A stretch of DNA of 64,000 nt from Octopus sinensis (lineage: Eukaryota), in contig NC_043006.1 of NCBI RefSeq assembly GCF_006345805.1, positions 67,332,001 through 67,396,000 on the forward strand. Direction: 5' to 3'. A program made the position numbers and the translations under genes. Positions 13,831-28,529 of the stretch are shown piece by piece. Numbering within the stretch: the stretch's first letter is position 1; the number at the start of each line of letters is the position of its first letter. Under the pieces are notes generated by a model. That model had not been told where the DNA came from, searched no databases, and was given only the letters and a program-made list of their open reading frames with translations.

Positions 13831-13990
13831 CTAAATTGATTCTCTCACTCTCTCTCTCTCTCTCTCTCTCTTTATATATATATATATACAAACAATCTAG
13901 CAAAAACTGTCCGATCAACGGCAACGGGAAACTCAGAGTAACAGGTTTTGTTGAATTTTTCTGTTGCTTTAAATAAAGTATATACAAACA

Positions 13991-14041
<51 letters not shown>

Positions 14042-14101
14042 TATATATCTATATGCGCAACTCCATTGTCTCCCGGGACAAAAAAGGATGCCAACAATAT
14101 C

Positions 14102-14150
<49 letters not shown>

Positions 14151-14194
14151 ATATACATATATATATACATAAATCACATACATATGTGCGTTCG

Positions 14195-14345
14195 TGTTGT
14201 GTGTATTTATTTTCTCTTATTCCTTTCCGTTGGAGGGCGTAGGCTCGAAACGTAAAAGACCCTCCCACCTTCCCGAGCATCAACTAATACACCTGCTTGC
14301 TGTTTATACACCCGCCTTCGTCTTTGCTTTTCTATAAATTTCAGC
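14195..14345 (+). mobile_element. Penelope-type terminal element, family H3, with decayed hammerhead (14223-14258)
   Basis: CTTT CCGTTGG A GGGC GTAG GCTC GAAAC GTA AAAG; body homologous to 29940, 30712 and 41130. Confidence 0.65.
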
Positions 14346-14375
14346 TATGTATATATATACAAACATATATATATA

Positions 14376-14420
<45 letters not shown>

Positions 14421-14967
14421 TATTATATATATATATATATATAATATATATATATATATATAATATATATATATATATAATATATAATATATTCATATAT
14501 ATATGTATATATATATATATATGGGAGTAGGTGTGTGGGTGTGTCTTTGTATTTGCCCCCACGCACACGACTTGACAACCGTTTTGGGTTTCTTTTTTAA
14601 CCTTAAATAATCATTTCCTTTATAGGTATAGGACATTCACTGTGCATGATAGAGAGAGTCGATTACACCATTGCTTGTACTTGAATGGGATTGCCGCATG
14701 AAACGCGTAGTTGACTTCAGAGGGATCTCGATCCGCATCTAGAAAGAATATCATCTAGAAATCCACGTCAGTTTAAAGATAATCTGCGAAGATTTAAGCA
14801 ACGACAAACAGAAGACGCAACATCAAAAATGAAGGATGAAAAACCAAGATGGCCAAGATTAAGAAATGATTCAGTTCCTTACTGATTGGACTTTCTTAGA
14901 TGAAACTTTAAAAGTTTCCATTCGTTACATGTTCGATAATCTCACATAACCGACTATGTGCAAATAT

Positions 14968-15021
<54 letters not shown>

Positions 15022-15181
15022 CAGAGAGAGAGAGAGAGAGAGAGACTTCCATAAATACGTACATACACACACACAAACACACATGCACACACGCGCCCAA
15101 ACATACACACACACACATACATATATTCATAGATGTATCTATATGTATGCATGTATAAATTGCTACACATGTATATATATA

Positions 15182-15214
<33 letters not shown>

Positions 15215-15391
15215 AACATATATATATGAACATATATATATATGTAGTATGAATATGTGTGTATATATATATACACATACATATATATGGATATACGTAT
15301 ATTCATAGATGTAGCTATATGTGTGAATGTATAAATTGCTACATATATATATATATATACATATATATGTGTATATGTATATATATATATA

Positions 15392-15464
<73 letters not shown>

Positions 15465-15540
15465 TATATATATATATGTATATGTATATAATATATATGT
15501 ATATATATATATATATATATATAATATGTATATGTATATA

Positions 15541-15581
<41 letters not shown>

Positions 15582-16018
15582 ATATATATATATATATATG
15601 TAGACATACACACACCTACATGTGTATGCTTCTATGTTGTTCGTAAGCATTTGTAAGTTATGTGAATTAATTGAATTGAGAAAGCTGTAGGAGGTGCGCG
15701 TGTCTGAGATGGTAAAGAAAATTAATAAGAGGAGGCAATAATCCATGTCTTTTAATTATTTCTCCTAATCTACTGCTATTTTCCTGTTAATTGCTTTCGC
15801 TGCGCTGATCCTCTTGTCGTTTCTGCCTAAATTGCTAATGTCTCTCTTGGATACATACATTTTCAGCTTACCCTTCTTTATCCCTTTCTCTGTCGCCATC
15901 TCTCTCTCTCTCTCTCCCATTCTCTTTCTCTCTGTCTCTATCTTGCTTTCTCTTTCTCTCTTCTCTCTCCTCTCTCTCTCACCCTTTGTCTCTCTCTCTC
16001 TCTTGTCCACTATATACT

Positions 16019-16086
<68 letters not shown>

Positions 16087-16228
16087 TATATATATGTATA
16101 TATGTTATGCATGTATAACTATACATAAATAAATAGATAGATACAGGTATATTTTATATATATATTATATATATAGTATATATATATACTTTTACGTAAA
16201 TATATGCATGCCCACACATATATAAACA

Positions 16229-16276
<48 letters not shown>

Positions 16277-16292
16277 TATTATTATTATTATT

Positions 16293-16480
16293 AAGGCGGC
16301 GATCTGGCAAAACGGTTAGCCCGCCGGGCGAAATGCTTAGCGGTATTTCTTCTGCCTCCGCCGAGGGTTACTTTGTCTTTCATCCTTTCGGTGTCGATAA
16401 ATTAAGTACCTGTTGCGTACTGAGGTTGTTCTAAGCGACTGGGTCCCATCCCCACCCCCACCCCAATTTCCTGGGGATTA
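16293..16480 (+). mobile_element. SINE family B inside a (TTA)n array
   Basis: AAGGCGGCGATCTGGCAAAACGG...; TTA repeats on both sides. Confidence 0.85.
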
Positions 16481-16529
16481 TTATTATGATCGTTGTTGTT
16501 GTTGTTATTATTATTATTATTATTATTAA

Positions 16530-16568
<39 letters not shown>

Positions 16569-16629
16569 CATTGTTATTACTGTTGTTATTGTTATTATTA
16601 TTATTGTTGTTGTCGTTGTTGTTGTTGTT

Positions 16630-16800
16630 AAGGCGGCAAGCTGGTAGAATCGTTAGCACACCGGGTAAAATATTTAACGGCATTTCATCTGTAACTTCTG
16701 AGTTCAAATACTATCAAGGTCGATTTTGTTTTTCATTGATAAATATGTACCAGTTAAGCACTGGGGTCGATATAATCGACTTAACCCTTCTCCACAAAAT
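16630..16800 (+). mobile_element. SINE family B inside a (TTA/TTG)n array
   Basis: AAGGCGGCAAGCTGGTAGAATCGTTAGCAC... Confidence 0.85.
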
Positions 16801-16881
16801 GCATGCATGCATATATGTTGAACGTGTATGTACGTATGTATTTATGTATATATGTATGTATATATCAAGGTAACTTTTTAT

Positions 16882-17170
16882 AGGCACAGGAGTGGCTGTG
16901 TGGTAAATAGCTTGCTTACCAACCATATGGTTCCGGATTCAGTGCCACTGCATGGCACTTCAGGCAAGTGTCTTCTACTATAGCCTTGTCCTCCTATCAT
17001 CGCTTGACAACCGGTGTTGGTGTGTTTACGTCCTCGTAACTTAACGGTTCGGCAAAAGAGACCGATAAAAGAAGTACTAGGCTTACAAAGAATAGGTTTT
17101 AGAGTTGATTTGTTCGACTAAAGGCGGTGCTCAAGCAAGGCCGCAGTCAAATGACTGTAACAAATAAAAT
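16882..17170 (+). mobile_element. SINE family A with internal deletion
   Basis: GGAGTGGCTGTGTGGTAA head; tail GGCCGCAGTCAAATGACTG; central block missing relative to 51405. Confidence 0.85.
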
Positions 17171-17370
17171 AATATATGCATGTATGTATGTATGTATGTA
17201 TGTATGTATGTATGCATGCATGTAAGTATGTATGTATATATATATATATATACATATTTATATACATATATATATAATGTATATATATATATACATATAT
17301 ATACACATATACATATATATATATATATATATAATATTATATATAGATACATATATACATATATATATAT

Positions 17371-17404
<34 letters not shown>

Positions 17405-17634
17405 ATATATATATATGTATATATATACATTCATGCATACATAACATACATACATATATACATAGAGATATTTGATACATTCATTCATACCCTCACGCAC
17501 CACTGACACAAACGCATACATGCACATACACACACGCACACACGCTCGACTCTACATCATAAATGCTCCACCCTCATTGCAGCCCCTATTTGTTCGACGT
17601 ACTTCTCGAGATTTATGATCACTGCTACTACTGC

Positions 17635-17670
<36 letters not shown>

Positions 17671-17759
17671 ACACAAACACACGCGTACACGTACACATAC
17701 ACAAACGTATAAACGAAATACACATACGCACATACACATGCAAACACACACACACGCTA

Positions 17760-17925
17760 ACAAACACATTTTTTACATTATTTACATTTGACAGATATTT
17801 GTCCTCATCTTCATCTTGTTTGTTAACACAACATTTCAGCTGATATGCCCTCCAGCCTCCATTAGGTGTCTTGGAGAAATTTCGAACCTGGGTTTTTATT
17901 CCCAAGGTATTTTTCGATGTTGGTG
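17760..17925 (-). mobile_element. Penelope-type terminal element, family H4, with decayed hammerhead (17825-17870)
   Basis: GACAC CTAATGG A GGCTG GAGGGCATAT CAGCT GAAAT GTT GTGTT; homologous to 51945-52105. Confidence 0.7.
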
Positions 17926-19160
17926 TTATTATTATTATTATGGTGATTATTATGATGATGATTATTATGATGATTATTATTATGATGATTATTATTATGA
18001 TTATTATTATTATGATGATTATTATTATGATGATTATTATTATGATTATTATTATTATGATTATTATTATTATGATGATGATTATTATTATGATGATTAT
18101 TATTATGATGATTATTATGATGATTATTATTATGATTATTATTATGATGATTATTATTATGATGATTATTATTATGATGATTATTATTATGATTATTATT
18201 ATGATGATTATTATTATGATGATTATTATTATGATTATTATTATGATGATTATTATTATGATGATTATTATTATGATGATTATTATTATGATTATTATTA
18301 TGATTATTATTATGAGATTATTATTATGATTATTATTATGATTATTATTATGATTATTATTATGATTATTATTATGATTATTATTATGATTATTATTATG
18401 ATTATTATTATGATTATTATTATGATTATTATGATTATTATGATGATTATTATGATTATTATGATTATTATGATTATTATGATTATTATGATTATTATGA
18501 TTGTTGTTGTTATTATGATTGTTGTTGTTATTATGATTGTTGTTGTTATTATGATTATTATGATTATGATTATTATTATGATTATTATGATTATGATTAT
18601 TATTATGATTATGATTATTATTATGATTATTATGATTATTATGATTATTATGATTATTATGATTATTATTATGATTATTATGATTATTATTATGATTATT
18701 ATGATTATTATTATGATTATTATGATTATTATTATGATTATTATGATTATTATTATGATTATTATGATTATTATTATGATTATTATGATTATTATTATGA
18801 TTATTATGATTGTTGTTGTTATTATGATTATTATGATTGTTGTTGTTATTATGATTATTATGATTGTTGTTGTTATTATGATTATTATGATTGTTGTTGT
18901 TATTATGATTGTTGTTGTTATTATGATTGTTGTTGTTATTATGATTGTTGTTGTTATTATGATTGTTGTTGTTATTATGATTGTTGTTGTTGTTATTATG
19001 ATTATTATGATTGTTGTTGTTATTATGATTATTATGATTGTTGTTGTTATTATGATTGTTGTTGTTATTATGGTTGTTGTTGTTATTATGGTTGTTGTTG
19101 TTGTTATGGTTGTTGTTGTTGTTATGGTTGTTGTTGTTGTTATGGTTGTTGTTGTTATGG

Positions 19161-19202
<42 letters not shown>

Positions 19203-19273
19203 GGTTGTTGTTGTTATGGTTGTTGTGGTTATTGTTATTGTTGTTGTTGTTGTTATTGTTATTGTTATTGTTA

Positions 19274-19314
<41 letters not shown>
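17925..19314. repeat. 1.4-kb compound trinucleotide array (ATT/ATG grading to GTT) with higher-order units
   Basis: Direct reading. Confidence 0.95.
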
Positions 19315-19318
<4 letters not shown>

Positions 19319-19389
19319 TCACTGCTTGTAATCGAGTTCGGAATCTTGGGGTTACTAGCCCGTGCTCTTAACCACTATGCCGTGGGCAT
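19315..19389 (-). mobile_element. Very short tRNA-derived element (tRNA-Thr-like) with (AAT)n tail
   Basis: CCACGGCATAGTGGTTAAGAGCACGGGCTAGTAACCCCAAGATTCCGAACTCGATT: A-box, anticodon arm GGG-CTAGTAA-CCC, degenerate B-box. Confidence 0.65.
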
Positions 19390-19972
19390 ATGTACAAAAT
19401 GTAGAACTAGTTCTTCTTCTCGAATTTATATCGTCCATCTTTAGGGAGTGGAATTAGATTTGTGCAAATACTCTCCCCACTATAAAAAAAAGTAAGACCT
19501 ATTACGAAAATGGCTGGTCGTAGCCTTCGCATCTGTGGGACTTTCGATCAGGCGATGGCAATACTCGAACACGACTTTGCAGCCATCATGTGTGTATGTA
19601 TTTATGTATGTATAAATTGGTTTGGGTCACATTGATCGTGATTATTAACTCAGTTGCTTCCAGTATGTGATTGGCTAGTAGAATATAGTGACGGAACATT
19701 AATAAACTAATTAGTTAATTACTCAATTAATAACGGTCTATTCTTCCATTATAAAAGTGGAATAACTTCGAAAAGGTAACAGGTAACAATTTCGAACCAA
19801 TACTCCAATCCTTGTAGTAACATAAGTTAAGTAAAGCATGCAGTAAAAATGCAATAAGGCTTAAAAAGTGGACAATGTTAGCTGTATCCATGCAAGGTGT
19901 GTTTCAGTAGTAACTGTTTCGTCTCCCTACTCGCTCCTTTGGCCAGTGTAGTTGGTGAGGCTTTAGTGCGTA

Positions 19973-20465
19973 CAGTCATCATTCACCATATCGCGGTTCA
20001 CCTATCGCGCCTTCAGTACATCGCTGACTTTTCTGGCTAATATATGTAATTTTATATCACGGACTCCTCATTATATCGCGGGTTTTTGCGGCCGAGAGTT
20101 ATTCATATTTTTTAAGATTTTAATTATTTCTGTGATGAAATAAACATTTTTACGCCTGAAAATTAATAAATTAATAAATATAAATACAGTACTATACTGC
20201 ACTGTATAATACATTAATTAAAATATATTAAAAGAAAATACGTAGTGTACTGTAGATGAATAAACAAAGAATCGCGCTTACGGTATGGAAAACGAAACTC
20301 AGGAAGTGAGTGTGTGGTGTTGTTTTGCATTTATAATAAAATAAATATATACAAATTATAAAAATAACAAAAAAACAAATGCAGTACTGTTCCTACTTCG
20401 CGGATTTTCAGCTATCGCGGGTGGTTTTGGAACGTAACTCCTGCGATGGTCGTAGGATTACTCTG
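19973..20465. mobile_element. Tigger/pogo-type non-autonomous DNA transposon
   Basis: TA flanks; degenerate TIRs CAGTCATCATTCACCATATCGCGG and CTGCGATGGTCGTAGGATTACTCTG. Confidence 0.7.
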
Positions 20466-21102
20466 TATGCTTGTAGTATTTATCCTGAGCATGCTAAAGC
20501 CTTTTGTAGCATTACCAGACTTTAGAAAATTCCAAAATAACAGACTGGAAAAAAATCATCAAGGAGAAAACATTCATATCTGTCATTAGGGGATTCAATG
20601 CACACAAGGGTGGAACAAATCAACGACGACGGCGACACTTAACAGAATAAGGGTAGGTAGGGTAGTGTAAAAATGGAGGTGGGTGCACATGCGCAATATA
20701 TCATTCAGAAATATAATTTCCTGTTACGTTCCCAGTCCATCTAACACTCGCTCTCTTCGAAAAGATCGTATCACAACATCTAACTATCCAATAATTCTTC
20801 CTTTATATAAAAAGGAATATAGAATTTTGTGGACAAGCGAGTACTCTCAATGTGTATGTATTTTTGCATGGGCGGGTATACGTTTGTATTTATGGATATG
20901 TATGTGTGCATCTATATATATATATATACACTCATATGTGTCCATGTGCGCAAGTGCGTGTTTCTTTATTTCTGCGTGTGTAAATAGCAATATGTGACTT
21001 ATACATAGCTGTATTTATCTAAGTGTAGCTATATGCTTGTATGTGTATGTATTTGTTTTGTGTGCGCGTGGGAGTGTGCGTGTGTGCGAGAGAGAGAGGA
21101 TA

Positions 21103-21152
<50 letters not shown>

Positions 21153-21601
21153 TTGTTTGTGTGTGTCTGTACTCATTTATGTTAGGACTAACAAGAAATA
21201 TATGCAAATACTTAAATCAGTGATTAACAATAGCACTGGCTATTAGGTATATGGTGTGCATATGTGCATATGAATATGCATACAACACATAAGCGCAAGC
21301 ATGCATATATGCATATATATGTATATGTATATATGCAGATATATAAATATATATATATATATATATAAAACATTATCCGCACCAACGCACGGTTGCAACG
21401 CCATATGGTTGTACCTCCAACCGTGCTGTTTACTGCTGTGATTTTTGCTACTAAGGTATCGGTTTAACTTTTGATTAATCTACTACAGATTATCATCTTT
21501 CTATTTCACATAATATATATATATATATATAATATATATTATAATAATATATATTTAATCTGTCTTATATATACTTATTTAATATATATATACATACATA
21601 T

Positions 21602-21666
<65 letters not shown>

Positions 21667-22362
21667 TTAATCTTGTCATTAATAAATCATTATGAATTAG
21701 AAAATCCGACGTATTCGCCATACGTATGCGAGTATGAATATGAACATTCCTGAGTACATATGTGCATGTTTGTGTCTACTATATGTGTGCGCGGAGGTGT
21801 GTACCCCTGTGATTATACATACATACATACATGTATATGTGTGCATATGTGTATGTATATGTATGTATGTATATATGTATGTATATATGTGTATGTATAT
21901 ATGTATCTATGTATATATGTATTTATGTATATACGTATGTATGATCTATGTATAAATCTATATATGTATGTATAGGCATATCTATGTATAGGCATATGTA
22001 TGTATATAATTAATGATGTAGTTAGAATATATATTTTGTAGTTTTGAAGTTTGGTATATGTCGGTTTGGCATCAAACAGTTCTAAGATGCCCTCTTTATC
22101 GATTTGGCCTGCAGGATGTCTGAAATTCTTAGAGAGTTAGCAAAAGCAAAGATTATTTGATGCTTGATTGAATGGCGAAAGGTAAACTTCTTCATGAAAT
22201 GGTGTTCATTTGACTCCATATTTGATTATATATATATATATATCCTACAACACACACACACACCAACCACACCCACACACTATATATTATATATAATATA
22301 TAATATATATATACTATATATATATACATATAATATATCTATATGTATATATTCATATATAC

Positions 22363-22415
<53 letters not shown>

Positions 22416-22682
22416 GATCAAATATATATATCCACATATATACACATAGAGATAGATAATGTAATATACATAGCAAATATATAATTAACATACATATATA
22501 TGATTTACGTACATACTATATGTGCATGTGTATGTGTGTGTATTTAGCGAAATGTATACATATATATACATATATGCGCATATGTGGGCATATATATATA
22601 TGTATATATAAGTATATATATATATGTGTGTGTGTATATATATATATATACATGATTTATGTGTATCTTACATCTCATTGTA

Positions 22683-22719
<37 letters not shown>

Positions 22720-24119
22720 ATGTATATATATAACTCTTCATATTTATATGCATATGTACGCATATTTAGATATATATTTGTACATATATGTATGCATGCA
22801 TATCTATATATATATGAACAGAAAAGATTTATATGGTATATACATTCATGTATACGTGCGGAGTTCTGTGTGTCAGGATGTGCTTATATATGCATATATG
22901 TTTGTGTATGTATATATATATATATATGGATGTGCGTGTGTGTGTGTTATTTAAGACATTATGTAACGTTGGAATCTAATGAATCAGAAATATGTAAACA
23001 TATTTATTCTTGCTATGAAAGTATTGATATTTTTTTCTTCTCTAATTTTTCTTTTCTTGTTTTTTCTTTTCTCTTTTCTTTACCATACTATTCAAGATAA
23101 AAGCCAAAATGCAAGACGGAAGCTAAAGATATTCCATCGAAGGATTGCAGTACCAACATTTGCCAGAATCCCGTCCATATCGATATTACTCAATACCTTT
23201 GTAGTTTAGCGTAAATAACTTATAGAATTCTCTCTAAGAACACAGAATGGTTTGGATTCGATGATAAAAAACGTGATGAAAATTACAGAAGACATTAAGC
23301 ACAAGCGCAGTAAATTTTTCCTGGTTTGTTTAATTCACTAGAAATAGTAGCCGTATATTTTTAGTTCTCATTCTACGCTAATAGAAATGAAGGGCACGTT
23401 AGAAAATGAGATTCTATGTGAAGCTGTTTTTGGGAGGGAGGAATGAAGGATGAAATAGGCACGATCATAATGATTTTGATAGTCAATATTTTCGATCAGA
23501 GCCGCCCAGGGGAATCAACAATAAATGAAGGAGTCAATCGTCGCTCGCTCCACCTGCTAGATATGGCAATTAAAACCGTCTATAGTTAACCCTGCACACA
23601 AAGGACTTCCGTCAGTTAGTTACCCATGCATTTACACATCTACCCATAGGTCTAGAGAAAGTTTTTTAGGGTGACTAGCGTTGCCCTTATAAACAAGTCT
23701 CTCGTCTACGAGACACAAATGTTTCTAGAACTTGTACAATACAGTTTTAAAGAAATGTTGCCACAAGCGTTCCTGTTTAAACGCAAAGGGTGGGAACAAA
23801 TGCTGCCAGATATCCTGATATCTAAGATTTTTACCACCCTATCGCCCTGGACTGTGCATTTTAATCGACCTCGATTATCGAGGCTCGGGAACAGGGGGTG
23901 TCGGGAGTGCAAGCGCACCCTCTAAAATTTGGGGAAGGTAATGTAAATGCGTTCAAACTCCAGCATGACCGCACCCGCATGGTTAAATGAGTAAAAGATT
24001 AACCTCCTGAAAAACTTGGTTTGCATCCCTTAAGCAAATTTCGTTGCCGCACTTACGCCTCGATGGGATTGGAAGGCAAAGCTGACTTATGCGGATTTAA
24101 ACGCGGAGCACTGAGTCGG

Positions 24120-24485
24120 AACAAATAATCCTTTCTACTGAAGGTAAAGGGCCTTGAACTTTTGAGGGAGAGGACTATTCGATTACATTGACCCCCAGTG
24201 TTTCACTGGTACTTGATTTATCGACACTGAAAGGACGAAAGATAAAGTCGACCTCGCCGGAATTTGAACATAGAATGTAGCGGCAGACGAAATTACCGAT
24301 AAAGCTTTTCGCCCAGCCTGCTGACACTTCTGTCAGCTCGCCGCCTTAAAATTGTAAAGATCCAGAACGCAAACTTGGCAACATTTTTCTCTGACGTGCT
24401 AAGGGCTCTGCCAGCTCTCCCCCGCCCCTGTTAGTCGGAACAAATAATGCCAAGCATTCTATCCAACGCTTTAACACTCCGCCTG
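24120..24485 (-). mobile_element. Cluster of SINE family B copies (one near complete, plus fragments)
   Basis: 24125-24347 is the reverse complement of the family B consensus; partial heads follow. Confidence 0.8.
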
Positions 24486-24580
24486 GTCCTGGCGCTATAG
24501 TAGAAGGTACTTTCTCGCAGTGCTTCTTCGCGTTGGGATTGAATCCGAAATCACGTGATTGAAAAGCGAGCTACTTTATA
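24485..24580 (-). mobile_element. Degenerate family-A-like SINE head
   Basis: GCTATAGTAGAAGG...GGGATTGAATCCG..ATCACGTGATTG. Confidence 0.55.
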
Positions 24581-24769
24581 CAAAACAGAACTCCATTTCG
24601 AATGAAATTTTGACTGATTATTAATTCGGATTCTGTAATTCAATGATCAGGGTTTCGATCTCTCCTTGATGTTCATCAGCGTTTTTCCAATCCTGAAATG
24701 AAATCCTCTTATTTACTGCTCTGACTGTACAGAATCAAGATTTAGACCATGTCACAAGTCTTGAGAGGG

Positions 24770-24870
24770 CAATATAACCAATGACCTCGACCTCATGGCA
24801 TTTAACTGGTACGAATTTCATCGACCCCGGAATGACGAAAGACAAATTCAAGCTCACAAGATTTGAAATC
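24770..24870 (-). mobile_element. SINE family B fragment
   Basis: CTGGTAC..ATTTCATCGACCCCGGAATGACGAAAG...GATTTGAAATCAGAAC. Confidence 0.65.
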
Positions 24871-25815
24871 AGAACTAAAAGGGAGGTAACAAAAAAAAAA
24901 ACCTCCGACGCTGTATCGTCTTTGAGAGTCCATCGACATTTCCAACACTTGAGTAAAGCTATAAAACTTGTGGGCACTATACAATCGATTAAATCAATCC
25001 CAGTAGTTTATTGGTATTTCACATATCGATCACAGAAGAATGAACACCTATAAAACATGCTTAGCACACTAGGAAGTTAGAACTTCAACTCTACTCTATA
25101 TTGTTGTTGTTGTTGCTAATGTCGCTTTTGTTGTTGATAATGTTCTTGTTTTTATTCCAATTGTTGTTACTGTCGTCGTTATCACTGTTTTTTATGGATT
25201 TTGTTATTGCAGTTGTTGTCGGTGCTATTGCGACATAGTATACCAAACAGCACATTATCTATCCACCGAGTCTTTCGTCGATGTTATTGTTTAGCCCTTG
25301 CCCTCAACTACGACTCTAACTAAGTAGACCTTTTGACCATGGCCATCCAAGATGTGTTTTCTAATTTGTCAGGGTGTAATTTGTGATTCGGTTGTAATGG
25401 CATTGCATAACATACCCACACACACACATAGATACATGTTTAAAATACATACATATATAATATATATATATATATATATATAATATATGTGTGTGTGTGT
25501 GTGTGTGTGTGTATTTATGTAATGTATATAATATATTATATATAATATATACATATATATATATATACATATATATATACATGCACATGCAAAATATGTG
25601 TATATACATTTTCATATAAATATACATATATACATATGTATATATATATGTATATATTTGTACACATATGTTGGCATACACTTTAAGTTTACACATCCTT
25701 ATATATAATATATGCATATATTCATACAACACACACGCACACACACATAGATACATGTAAATATATGTATATATATATATACACACACATTATATATATA
25801 TAATATATATATATA

Positions 25816-25858
<43 letters not shown>

Positions 25859-25929
25859 TGAGCAAATATATGCGTGTATATGTATTCTCATATAATACAC
25901 ACACACACACACACACCACACACACATAC

Positions 25930-26008
<79 letters not shown>

Positions 26009-26663
26009 ACACATATATTGGATCATACCCATACACTCTAAGTTATAAAGATATATATATATATAAATAATATACTTATATTAATACTTATATATAATAT
26101 ATATATACTTACATATAATATACATATGCATATATTCATACATACACACACGCACACACATACACATTATAAATGTAGTGATGAGTTCTATTTTCATGTA
26201 GTCAGTATTATATTGCCACCATGTTTCCAATGCACCATTAACTCCTTTTTTGCTCATTTACACTGATTTATCTCCCCATTAACGAACTCCATATTCATTT
26301 TCTACCTCTTTCTTTTACTCTGCCTCTTTTCGCTGCGCCCTCTCTCAGTTTCACCCTCTCTATTTTTCGTTCGATACTTTACGTCTCTCACTTTCTTCCG
26401 CTCTCCCTCATCTTTACGTAGATCCTTTACCCTTTTTGCTATAATTGAAATGTTACAGTGTTCGTTTCTTATCTTCTTCTTTGCAGAAGTTTCTGACAAT
26501 CCAAGTAAAAATAGCTATTTACTGTATCTAAACGACAAACTCTCACCTCTTTATTTACAACACGTGCAATTTTGAATTTATTTCTCACTGATTCATTTAT
26601 TATTTCTCATTCTCTTTCTCTCTCTCCCTTTCTTGGCCTTTCTCTCCATTTTCAATTCCTATA

Positions 26664-27295
26664 TACGAGGGTTTTCTCGAAAGTAATGCAAAAATGGGGG
26701 CATAATGATTTTATTGACTGACATACCTCGTTCAAATTGTACATCTTGACAGAATGACACTTCTATAGAATCTCTTCTTCCTGTTCTTCTCCATTGCAGG
26801 CGCATAATGGTTTCCGAGTATAAGCAACGTGCTGTCATCGAATTCTCGACGAAGGAAAGGTGCAGAATTTTCGAGTATTCACTGAAGACTTGATGGTGTT
26901 TACGGTGTTGACACTGTTGATATGAGAATTAGGCACAAATGGTTGAAGTTTACTGAATAGGAAACCAGCATTGTAAACAAACCACGCAGAAGGAGACCAT
27001 TAACTATGATCGCTGACACAAATCGCCAATGAGCAGACAAACTGACTTGCGTGGACAGACGAGTCACAATCTAGGAGATTGCTGCACAATTTGACCGTGA
27101 TTACAATGAACTACAGTAGATGCTGGAAAACTTCGTAAACGCTTTCTATGGCATACGGTTTGAAGAGGAGAAGTTTGGAAGAATGCGTTAATCTGCCGGA
27201 AACGTTTGAAACCTATCAGGAGACATTTTTCCCGACCTAATGGCAGAACATAAAACATCGGCTTACATTTATGATCCAGAAACACAGGCTCCTCT
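26664..27295 (+). mobile_element. Decayed mariner transposon, 5' part
   Basis: TA-CGAGGGTTTTCTCGAAAGTAATGC TIR; MVSEYKQRAVIEF..., ETSIVNKPRRRRP, DRRVTI*EIAAQ, YIYDPETQ (HTH region and start of the DD34D domain). Confidence 0.85.
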
Positions 27296-27349
27296 ATGAC
27301 CTAAAAAGTTCAAATGCCAGAGATCAGTACTGAAAGTTTTTTTTATTAT

Positions 27350-27550
27350 TAGACTGCGGCCATGCTGGGGCATAACCTTGAAGAATGTTAATTGAACGAA
27401 TCGACCACAGTACTTTTCTTTCGAGTCTGTTACTTATTCTATCGGTCGCTTTTATCGAACCACTAACTTAGGGGGACGTAAATGCACCAATACGAGTTGT
27501 CAAGCGGGGGAGGGAAACAAGCACAGATATAAAGACGCACACGCACACAT
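27350..27550 (-). mobile_element. SINE family A, 3' half
   Basis: GACTGCGGCCATGCTGG...TATTCTATCGGTC...GTTGTCAAGCG. Confidence 0.8.
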
Positions 27551-27602
27551 AAATACACACACAAAGACACACATATACACACACATATGCGCGTGTGTGA
27601 AC

Positions 27603-27657
<55 letters not shown>

Positions 27658-27724
27658 GAACTTTCGTTTTGGCACAAAATCTTTCGATGTTAAAAAGTTT
27701 TCGCACTGCCCTATATCTGATATA

Positions 27725-27802
27725 GACCCCAGTCGATTTGTTCGCCTAAAAATGGTTGGAGCCCCAGCATGGCCGCAGTCTAATGACTGAAACAAGTAAA
27801 GG
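27725..27802 (+). mobile_element. SINE family A, 3' tail fragment
   Basis: GTCGATTTGTTCG...CCAGCATGGCCGCAGTCTAATGACTGAAACAAGTAAAG. Confidence 0.8.
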
Positions 27803-27839
27803 ATATATTATATATATATATATATATTATATATTATAT

Positions 27840-27870
<31 letters not shown>

Positions 27871-27951
27871 CGAGAAAGTTAGTACCGCATTCAAGTGAAT
27901 TCAATAGAACTCACTTGAATCTTATTGGGCTTTTACTATATATATATATAT

Positions 27952-28006
<55 letters not shown>

Positions 28007-28451
28007 ATATATATAAGCATATAGATAGATAGATAGATTTATATATATAGATATACATATGTTGTGTTTAGGTATGTATGTAGTATGTATATGCCTCAAG
28101 CACATTTGAACTAGTAACAGTCTGTATTTCTTTACGTCACTTCTTAGCGGCTCATTCTTTATTTACTCCGAGCCGCTGAATAGCAAAACCAGTCATTGAA
28201 CGTTAACGGGATTATCATAAGAGGGACCTGTCTCCTGTGTCAGTTCGCAGTGTTGGCCTGTGCGGGCTCTGAAATGCATGCATGTTTCTTAAGGTTTGGT
28301 TAGTGGGTGCTGTGAGATGATTCAGTGTGTTTACACCTATTTGTCTACCACGAGAAATTTTCCCCGTGACAAAATGCAGTGAATGGCTGTCTTACGAGTT
28401 CGGACATGCTTTAAATATATTCGAACTGGTAACAAATGTATATGTGTGTAT

Positions 28452-28493
<42 letters not shown>

Positions 28494-28529
28494 GTGTGTG
28501 TGTGTGCGTGTGTGTGTGTAGGAGAAGAA

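Noticed and set aside
14720-14885. ~55-codon open stretch (RDLDPHLERISSRNPRQF...) as a host exon
   Set aside because: Weak acceptor, no recognisable domain and no supporting exons.
19315-19389. Functional tRNA-Thr gene
   Set aside because: Broken acceptor stem and T arm, plus an (AAT)n tail. SINE heads at 7297, 32868, 51405 and 56816 were rejected as tRNA genes because each continues into a SINE body.
17816-19444. 542-aa ORF
   Set aside because: Translation of a trinucleotide array (poly Y/D/I/M/V/L); no protein signal.
24635-24685. CTGATGA...GAAAC on minus as a hammerhead
   Set aside because: Imperfect stem II, no GUH site and no stem I; at most a relic.
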